A DNA stretch of 64,000 nucleotides. Source: a virus. This document shows positions 58,050-64,000 of this stretch, one piece after another. Both the position numbers and the translations under genes were made by a program. Within the stretch, counting starts at the first letter, position 1, and each line of letters starts with the position of its first letter. The DNA is taken from positions 32,001-96,000 of the IMG/VR virus record IMGVR_UViG_3300027749_000060. One strand, written 5' to 3'. The notes beneath the pieces are model-generated. The model saw only the letters and a list, made by a program, of their open reading frames with translations, was not told the origin of the DNA and did no database searches.

Positions 58050-58110
58050 ATTTTTCTCCTGTGTGTAATGTTAATAGAAACTCATGGTTTCTACTTACGT
58101 ATTTACCTTG

Positions 58111-58494
58111 TCAAGAGATATTCTGCGTATGATCTAGGTAAGATTGGAGGTTATTGTTATATAGAGTAAGAGCTAAACTAGTAACATCGTCAAACGTGCT
58201 AATAGAGGATTCATTCCTTATTAAATAAGGTTGTGTTAAAAACTTTTCTAATTGTACTAAAGTTTTTGGTAAAATATTGTGTTGGAGATTGTGTGAATAG
58301 TGTTGCACACCAAGTGCCACAAACTCAGAAAATCCTTCAAAAGTCAATCGCATGCTACGATCATTTGTAGGATTATACCAATACCTTATCCGGAAGTAAT
58401 TGATCGAGTGCTGCTCTACTTGCTCTGGAAATTTTTTTGTTTTTAACTCAACTAATGCTTTAGACCATTCAAGTTGAGTTTTAACAATTGTCAT
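58111..58494 (-). CDS. Hypothetical protein
   Basis: 127 aa, ATGA-coupled. Confidence 0.65.
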   Translation of the reverse strand: MTIVKTQLEWSKALVELKTKKFPEQVEQHSINYFRIRYWYNPTNDRSMRLTFEGFSEFVALGVQHYSHNLQHNILPKTLVQLEKFLTQPYLIRNESSISTFDDVTSLALTLYNNNLQSYLDHTQNIS

Positions 58495-58784
58495 ACAGCT
58501 GAATAAACAACAGGCCCTTGATTTAATAAAACAACGGTAAAACTCTCAGTTTTAAATTGAGTGTTTAATTTTTTGGCTAAACTAATAGCATGCCCTGGAT
58601 TTGAAAAAGATACTTTTCTGTACTTTGGGCCAGGATAGCTTACTAATATATTTTGTGTTTTTAAATTTACAGGTTTACCATTGTGATAAACTGCCCAAAT
58701 TCCATCCGACGCTAGTACTTGGTCGCATTTATAGTTTGTTTTATTTAGATTTTCTAAAATTACAACAGGTTTAGGTCTACTCAT
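58491..58784 (-). CDS. Basic hypothetical protein
   Basis: 97 aa MSRPKP...YPGPKYRKVSFSNPGHA; TAAATA at 58817-58822. Confidence 0.7.
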   Translation of the reverse strand: MSRPKPVVILENLNKTNYKCDQVLASDGIWAVYHNGKPVNLKTQNILVSYPGPKYRKVSFSNPGHAISLAKKLNTQFKTESFTVVLLNQGPVVYSAV

Positions 58785-58841
58785 AACTAAGTCCTTTGAT
58801 ATATCATCATGTACTTTATTTATGCGTAGTTAATTAACTCT

Positions 58842-59306
58842 TTATTGTATTACTTCCAATAATTTAGAATTTGCTTCGCTCTGTGTGATAAATGGACCAA
58901 AAAATTTATTTCTGGCTAACACAATTTTCTTAGGACAAAACACACTAGACCATTCGCCTTCTATATTAACTAAGTAATACCCTGCACAGTAAAAACTTTT
59001 ACTTTTTGGTTCTTTAGTAAACAACGGCAACCTGGACTTTAAATCAAATATGCCATTATAGGGAATACTATCACAAGGAAATTCAAGAACTTGGTTGGTA
59101 TTCTCTTTTTTTGCTTTCCCTATCTTGGTAGGTGCAATGTTGTATTTAGAACTTAATATCTTAAATGATGGAAACTTTTCACGTGATGTACCACGTACTA
59201 GAACAACACCATCGGGCGCGGCCTGTATAGTACCTATTTTTTGGCCATTGTTTTCGACAATCCAAAATTTATTTTTAATAACTGTTTTAGCAATCATTGA
59301 ACTCAT
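58842..59306 (-). CDS. Hypothetical protein
   Basis: 154 aa, AAGGA SD. Confidence 0.7.
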   Translation of the reverse strand: MSSMIAKTVIKNKFWIVENNGQKIGTIQAAPDGVVLVRGTSREKFPSFKILSSKYNIAPTKIGKAKKENTNQVLEFPCDSIPYNGIFDLKSRLPLFTKEPKSKSFYCAGYYLVNIEGEWSSVFCPKKIVLARNKFFGPFITQSEANSKLLEVIQ

Positions 59307-59316
59307 AATTAATCCT

Positions 59317-59724
59317 TTATTTTGTTTTTTCTGCTATCTCTTTATACCCTGCCCAACTGGGATGAATACCATCTGGTTGTAATCGAGTAATAGGAATAAC
59401 AGTATCGCCGAAGCCAGATGCTACTTCCCGGACTATTGCTTGTATCTCGGGTTTAATAGCAGGCATGATCCAATAGACACGTTTAGCAGATACCAATTGA
59501 CGTATCCGTGAAATCTCTTCTCGAGAGTGTACACCTTTGTGATCATTTGATCCTAGACTAATGATTAGCGTTTCGGCTTTGGGTAATGCACCTTGATCTC
59601 CATCAAGATATTGCCGGCGCCATTGCCAACTATTAATTCCGCCTTTGGCAATGGCTACACAATCAGGGCGAAACTGTTTTGTACCAACAGCAATGCTGTC
59701 ACCTATAATTAGACAATCAATCAT
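59317..59724 (-). CDS. SGNH/GDSL hydrolase
   Basis: GDSI, GSND and DGIHP catalytic blocks. Confidence 0.85.
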   Translation of the reverse strand: MIDCLIIGDSIAVGTKQFRPDCVAIAKGGINSWQWRRQYLDGDQGALPKAETLIISLGSNDHKGVHSREEISRIRQLVSAKRVYWIMPAIKPEIQAIVREVASGFGDTVIPITRLQPDGIHPSWAGYKEIAEKTK

Positions 59725-60722
59725 ATAACTGGATTGGGATAACTTGATCCTAGCAATTCACCAAAACTAGTAGCATTCTCGCTTAACTTGTTTAATTCAA
59801 ATTTGCCACAAAATTTTAAAAACTGTGCGCCAACCATGGGTTTGGATTTTACTACGCTATTGCTAATAATAGTTTCGGCTATCTTCAGTTTAATATTATC
59901 GGGTTGGGCAGACAAATCAACTAGTACACGATTGCGCTCGTAGTCGTCTTTAACTCTGTGCTCTTGACCATTGTGGTCAGACCAACGTTGCAACATGAGA
60001 TTGTTCCAGGAAAATCCTTTATGATCTCGGTCGTTGTAGGCTTCTTCCAATCCCACCTTGTTCTTGCTGCCTTTAGTACGCACACCCGGATAGGCACTAA
60101 AGACATTATCAGTGGGGTCGCCACGCATACATTTCTCAAATAGTATCCAGCTGGGGTCGGGGATACGTTTAGGTTCTTTGGTCTTCTTATCAATTACAGG
60201 TTTGCCTTTTTTATCAAGGATGCCATCTAAGGTGTGCAATTCATCTGCAATACCATTATATTGTTTTACGTTAGTAGCCAACAACTGATGAAAATCGGTG
60301 TCGCTGCTAACAATAACATGATTATCCAGTGGATGACTTTGTATCCACCCTGCAATTAAATCATCTGCTTCTAGCTCGGGATGACGCAAGGTAGTACAGT
60401 TAGTGCGATCGGTGAAGAAATCCTTAAGAGAATCAAGTCCTTCCCAAAACATCTTATCTTCTTCTTGTTCTGCTACAGTAGCAGCGTCTCTGGCTACTGC
60501 ACGATTAGCTTTATAAGGAGGATAAAAGTCCTTACGCCATGATCGGCCTTCGTTGCAGATAACCACATGATCGGCACGTTGATCTCTCCAGCATTTATTA
60601 ATGCTGCTCATAGTTACATGTAATCCAAATGCCACTCGTTCTTCTAATGTACTGCCTCTGTGTGCAGCATGACGAGCCCGGAAATAAGTATTTGCTAAAT
60701 CAATGAGTAGGTATGTAGTCAT
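59721..60722 (-). CDS. rnh: 5'-3' exonuclease / T4 RNase H-like
   Basis: LLID, SWRK..YKANR, EADD, SSDTDF.QL, GD..DN. Confidence 0.9.
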   Translation of the reverse strand: MTTYLLIDLANTYFRARHAAHRGSTLEERVAFGLHVTMSSINKCWRDQRADHVVICNEGRSWRKDFYPPYKANRAVARDAATVAEQEEDKMFWEGLDSLKDFFTDRTNCTTLRHPELEADDLIAGWIQSHPLDNHVIVSSDTDFHQLLATNVKQYNGIADELHTLDGILDKKGKPVIDKKTKEPKRIPDPSWILFEKCMRGDPTDNVFSAYPGVRTKGSKNKVGLEEAYNDRDHKGFSWNNLMLQRWSDHNGQEHRVKDDYERNRVLVDLSAQPDNIKLKIAETIISNSVVKSKPMVGAQFLKFCGKFELNKLSENATSFGELLGSSYPNPVI

Positions 60723-60728
60723 ACCGCA

Positions 60729-60757
60729 ATGTTAACATAGATTTGTTTAGCTGTCAA
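60729..60757 (-). promoter_or_regulatory. Sigma70 promoter for rnh
   Basis: TTGACA-17-TAACAT with extended -10 TG; -10 ends 6 nt before ATG. Confidence 0.7.
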
Positions 60758-61203
60758 CGGTACTCTGATCGATTTGAGTCTAATTTTGTTTTATTTACAT
60801 AACGTGCATCAGGATCTGCTTGTTCTTGCTCAAATGCTTCGGTTAATACATTTCGGCAAATTTCTTGGAACCATAAATCAACAATTTGTTGATCGGTCTT
60901 TCCTTTGTATCCTGCACGAACCAACTTGGCCAAGAAAATCTCATTCCAGTCTAGCTCGAATGCACCATTGCCAACATTATCAGGATCAATTTCTACACCA
61001 ATAACAGATACCCATGGTTCACCGGCAGCAGTAGCTTTATCTTTTTCTGACGTTACCGATACTGCTACTACAGGCTCTTTAGGCTTGCTTTTACTACGGC
61101 GTGCTTTCGGTGCTTTGGGTTCTTCGGGGACTACAACCGGGTTGGCCTCAACCGGTGGCGGCATAGATTCTTTTTTTCCAAATACTTTATCAAATAGTCC
61201 CAT
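60754..61203 (-). CDS. Hypothetical protein
   Basis: 149 aa; EPWV...GAFELDWN..F. Confidence 0.7.
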   Translation of the reverse strand: MGLFDKVFGKKESMPPPVEANPVVVPEEPKAPKARRSKSKPKEPVVAVSVTSEKDKATAAGEPWVSVIGVEIDPDNVGNGAFELDWNEIFLAKLVRAGYKGKTDQQIVDLWFQEICRNVLTEAFEQEQADPDARYVNKTKLDSNRSEYR

Positions 61204-61225
61204 GATTTTAAATCTTTCTTTATAG

Positions 61226-61321
61226 TTATTCTCTATCTACTCTAGCATCTTCGTTGGAACGATAGCACATATATAATACGCCTATAATATAACCAAGCAA
61301 GAAACACAAAAAGTAATTCAT
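61226..61321 (-). CDS. 31-aa membrane peptide
   Basis: MNYFLCFLLGYIIGVLYMCYRSNEDARVDRE*; fills the gap 1 nt after the previous stop. Confidence 0.45.
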   Translation of the reverse strand: MNYFLCFLLGYIIGVLYMCYRSNEDARVDRE

Positions 61322-61322
61322 G

Positions 61323-61520
61323 CTAGTTAATGCCAAACCGTTGTTTAATCATGCCAGCTGCTCCCAAACTGGTCATTTGAGTAGTACTACCTTTATCACA
61401 TATATCAATGCACTCTAATAGGATTAGTTTTGCAAAACGCTCTTGTATATCCGGATTAATGTCAGGATAAAAACTTCCACCAGCCATTAATTGTAAATTT
61501 TTAAGTAATTCTTTATTCAT
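61323..61520 (-). CDS. Small hypothetical protein
   Basis: MNKELL...ERFAKLILLECI...IKQRFGI; start placed 1 nt after the queE stop. Confidence 0.6.
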   Translation of the reverse strand: MNKELLKNLQLMAGGSFYPDINPDIQERFAKLILLECIDICDKGSTTQMTSLGAAGMIKQRFGIN

Positions 61521-61521
61521 A

Positions 61522-62388
61522 TTAAGTACCCCACTCATTTTTAAATAACGGTACTTGTAGCCTATCACTGTACCGTAGTCCGTGTTTCATTGCCAACAAT
61601 GCCACATTACGATTGTTTAATGCATACACACTTTCAACACCGCCCACTGGCATTAGATACACATGCCCTGTAAATCCTGCTGCACGATATTCAGCAATGG
61701 CACGTTCTGCATCTTCAAAATCTTCCTGTGTGGCAATAACAAACTTTAAATATGCTGTGCCGTATTCTTCATATTCACAAACTACTTCGGGTAGAATAGC
61801 TTCTTCCCACGGCTCACCACTACAAGGCAATTTGGCACTTACTGAGAAGGTAATCTCACGCCAAAAGTCTTGATCATGATGTGATTTCCATGTGTGCAAA
61901 TACGAAGCAAAGTCTAGAGCAAGTTTCTGAGTACCATTGGTTTCAAATGTAATTTCTTTCAAGCCAGCCATCTTAGGATGATTTAACAAATCTGGATAAG
62001 CACGTTGCCATCCCAGCAATGGTTCGCCTCCGGTGATAACCAAATGCTCATCGCGCCACTCACCATGCGGAAGTATTTCCATAATGCGTTCTACAATTGC
62101 ATCTGTCGTTAACATTGGACTTAGATCTTTAAATGCTGGATCCCAGCTGGCATAGCTATCGCAGCCTGTGCTTACTAACGGGAGCTCTTCATACTTTTGA
62201 AAAGGGGTAACCAATGAATGTGTAGCTGCAATACCAGCAGCCTCCATACTTAATTCTCCGCGTGGCATACCAAACCCTGCACATTTAAAATTACATCCAA
62301 ATGTACGTAAGAAAACAGACGGCACACCCATGTAACGTCCTTCACCTTGGATGCTGTAGAACAGCTCTGCTATTTTAATTTTGCTCAT
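61522..62388 (-). CDS. queE: 7-carboxy-7-deazaguanine synthase (radical SAM)
   Basis: ELFYSIQGEG...VFLRTFGCN, ITGGEP, ETNGT, RLQV; clustered with queD. Confidence 0.88.
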   Translation of the reverse strand: MSKIKIAELFYSIQGEGRYMGVPSVFLRTFGCNFKCAGFGMPRGELSMEAAGIAATHSLVTPFQKYEELPLVSTGCDSYASWDPAFKDLSPMLTTDAIVERIMEILPHGEWRDEHLVITGGEPLLGWQRAYPDLLNHPKMAGLKEITFETNGTQKLALDFASYLHTWKSHHDQDFWREITFSVSAKLPCSGEPWEEAILPEVVCEYEEYGTAYLKFVIATQEDFEDAERAIAEYRAAGFTGHVYLMPVGGVESVYALNNRNVALLAMKHGLRYSDRLQVPLFKNEWGT

Positions 62389-62653
62389 AAATGTTAGACC
62401 ATTTCTTAAGTTTTTCAATCTTTGCTTTTTTTGCAACTTCTAAGTTGTCTATGGATATTACACCCAACTCAAGCATAATGTCAATCATTGCGAGCATATC
62501 GCCCAATTCTTCTTCAAGATGCTCTCGATTGGTTTTAGGTTTACCCGGTTTTACATTGTCGGCTCCAAAGCGATTAATTTTACTAACTGCTTGGATTACC
62601 TCTGCACATTCTTCTTGAAGAATATCCATTACTTCTTTTTCTTTAGCATTCAT
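62375..62653 (-). CDS. MazG-like NTP pyrophosphohydrolase
   Basis: EECAE...EEELGD (ExxE...ExxD). Confidence 0.8.
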   Translation of the reverse strand: MNAKEKEVMDILQEECAEVIQAVSKINRFGADNVKPGKPKTNREHLEEELGDMLAMIDIMLELGVISIDNLEVAKKAKIEKLKKWSNIYEQN

Positions 62654-62671
62654 TCGCTATGTCTTTCAGTA

Positions 62672-63280
62672 TTAATAATAAGGTCCAAAATCTGGAGTAC
62701 GTTGATATCTTGCAACATATGCATTCCACATTAGAGAAAAATCGTTGCAGGTAAACAAACTAATTAACTGCTTTTGATTTAAATAGTTTTCAGTATGTGT
62801 ACCTACTGTTTTGTTTATTAGTGCTACATATTGATCTGCTACTGGTAAATCAAATGCTTGCAATAATCTAACTGATTTTTTTAGCGTATCTTGGCTACCT
62901 GCTAAGTCGTCAACTAGTAAAATAGGATTACCGGTTACTCTGCCTTCGGTGAAATTTAATAATCCGTACGATTTACGTGTTTTTTTTAAACTAATCATTG
63001 GTGACCCTAATATTTGAGCCATACCAAATCCTAGTGTAATTCCTGCATCCTCGCATGCCCCAATTTGCACATTAGTATGCGGCAATTTTTCTATTAGAAG
63101 TTCTGCTGCTGTAGTTACAAACTTAGGATCAAATAAACATCTACGCAAATAGAATTGCCAATAGTAAGAATCATTTGCTGCTTTTGCTGGAATTGCTGCT
63201 TGCCCATCTGGCACTCTATAAATGCCGCGATGCTCAATTTCGTTTCTTAAATAAATCCATTTTTCGTTACTAATGCTCAT
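62672..63280 (-). CDS. Type I phosphoribosyltransferase-like protein
   Basis: K..K.YG...EG and PRPP-binding loop ILLVDDLAGSQDT; ATGA-coupled to queD. Confidence 0.7.
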   Translation of the reverse strand: MSISNEKWIYLRNEIEHRGIYRVPDGQAAIPAKAANDSYYWQFYLRRCLFDPKFVTTAAELLIEKLPHTNVQIGACEDAGITLGFGMAQILGSPMISLKKTRKSYGLLNFTEGRVTGNPILLVDDLAGSQDTLKKSVRLLQAFDLPVADQYVALINKTVGTHTENYLNQKQLISLFTCNDFSLMWNAYVARYQRTPDFGPYY

Positions 63281-63774
63281 GCAAATAAGTCCTCGTTCCA
63301 TTCACGATGTCCTTCACGGAAAGCCATATTGGCCTGTGTCTCACGCACTTCCACACGATAACACCACAGTCGCTTGGCTTCACCTTCGCCCCAGTAGTCG
63401 GGGATATAAACACCATTGACATACTTGTACAGCATGTCACTCAGCGACTCGCATCCCATGGCTGGCAGGATAGTCAGTTTGGCCAACTTACGGCGTTCCA
63501 TTTCTTTGTAGAACTCAAGTTCTGGATCATCATGTGCCACCAGAGTTGTGTGATCAAATTGGTCTTCTAATATCTTTTTAAGTTCTTTCAATCCGCCGTA
63601 GTCAGCAACCCAGTTGCGAACGTCTAAGTCGTTGGTTCCAAAATAGAACTTCATACTAAACGAGTAACCGTGATTCATATTGCAATGACTATCGGCCCTC
63701 CATTGTCTATAAGCGCAAGGAAATGCGTCTATGTACTCTTTTGTACTAGTGTACTTGTATGTGATTGGGGTCAT
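63277..63774 (-). CDS. queD: 6-carboxy-5,6,7,8-tetrahydropterin synthase (QueD/PTPS family)
   Basis: C...HGY, DYGGLK, FDH, E.L and VEVRET T-fold motifs. Confidence 0.85.
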   Translation of the reverse strand: MTPITYKYTSTKEYIDAFPCAYRQWRADSHCNMNHGYSFSMKFYFGTNDLDVRNWVADYGGLKELKKILEDQFDHTTLVAHDDPELEFYKEMERRKLAKLTILPAMGCESLSDMLYKYVNGVYIPDYWGEGEAKRLWCYRVEVRETQANMAFREGHREWNEDLFA

Positions 63775-63781
63775 GCTGTTT

Positions 63782-63856
63782 CTCCTATGTTAATTATAGC
63801 ATAGGCGGCGGAGTTTGTAAAGCGGGACGATGCCGATAGACCGCTGTATGTATTTA
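63782..63856 (-). promoter_or_regulatory. Structured queD leader: late box, pseudoknot, nested sigma70 promoter, SD-sequestering hairpin
   Basis: TAAATA 63851-63856; P1 63841-45/63821-25; P2 63832-35/63806-09; TTTACA-17-TATAAT 63793-63821; hairpin 63800-05/63784-89. Confidence 0.6.
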
Positions 63857-63858
63857 TC

Positions 63859-64000
63859 TTATTGTTCGGATACGTTTAGTATTTGAGCTGCTTGAACATC
63901 ATCTTCTAAAATATTACCATTCTCATCTACTAGACAGATTTTAATTGGATTACTAATACGCATATAGGAACCATCAATAATCCATTGATCGTCAATTCCG
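63859..64000 (-). CDS. 3' end of a hypothetical protein
   Basis: Open frame ...GIDDQWIIDGSYMRISNPIKICLVDENGNILEDDVQAAQILNVSEQ*. Confidence 0.55.
   Translation of the reverse strand, partial: GIDDQWIIDGSYMRISNPIKICLVDENGNILEDDVQAAQILNVSEQ

Noticed and set aside
1-64000. Stop-codon reassignment
   Set aside because: Long conserved genes are intact in the standard code, and TAA, TAG and TGA all end genes at sensible positions.

Overview
A 64-kb segment of a large, AT-rich, T4-superfamily-like myophage genome; no cellular genes are evident. Order: pirin-like gene (partial); head module on the - strand (major capsid gp23, scaffold gp22, protease gp21, acidic core protein, portal gp20, tape measure); a gp26-like chaperone followed by a start-less gp51-like frame; a ~460-nt highly structured non-coding region; Holliday resolvase, gp46/gp47 and gp55 late sigma; a + strand baseplate/tail module (tube-initiator-like, gp53, hub, gp5-lysozyme, gp25, gp6, 3701-aa gp7-like, S74 fibre, three Ig-repeat adhesin-like proteins); then a - strand accessory region (thyX, MoxR-AAA/VWA pair, many small ORFs, SGNH hydrolase, RNase H, queE-mazG-PRTase-queD). 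The strongest unexplained signals are at the RNA and translation level: (1) a candidate large pseudoknotted ncRNA at ~11.9-12.2 kb; (2) a likely programmed -1 frameshift fusing gp26-like and gp51-like frames; (3) a riboswitch-like pseudoknot plus SD-sequestering hairpin and nested promoters ahead of queD; (4) an Ig domain apparently split between two adhesin genes; (5) an AUU-initiated late sigma factor and recurrent leaderless genes. All product calls come from motif recognition by eye; no searches or folding programs were run.
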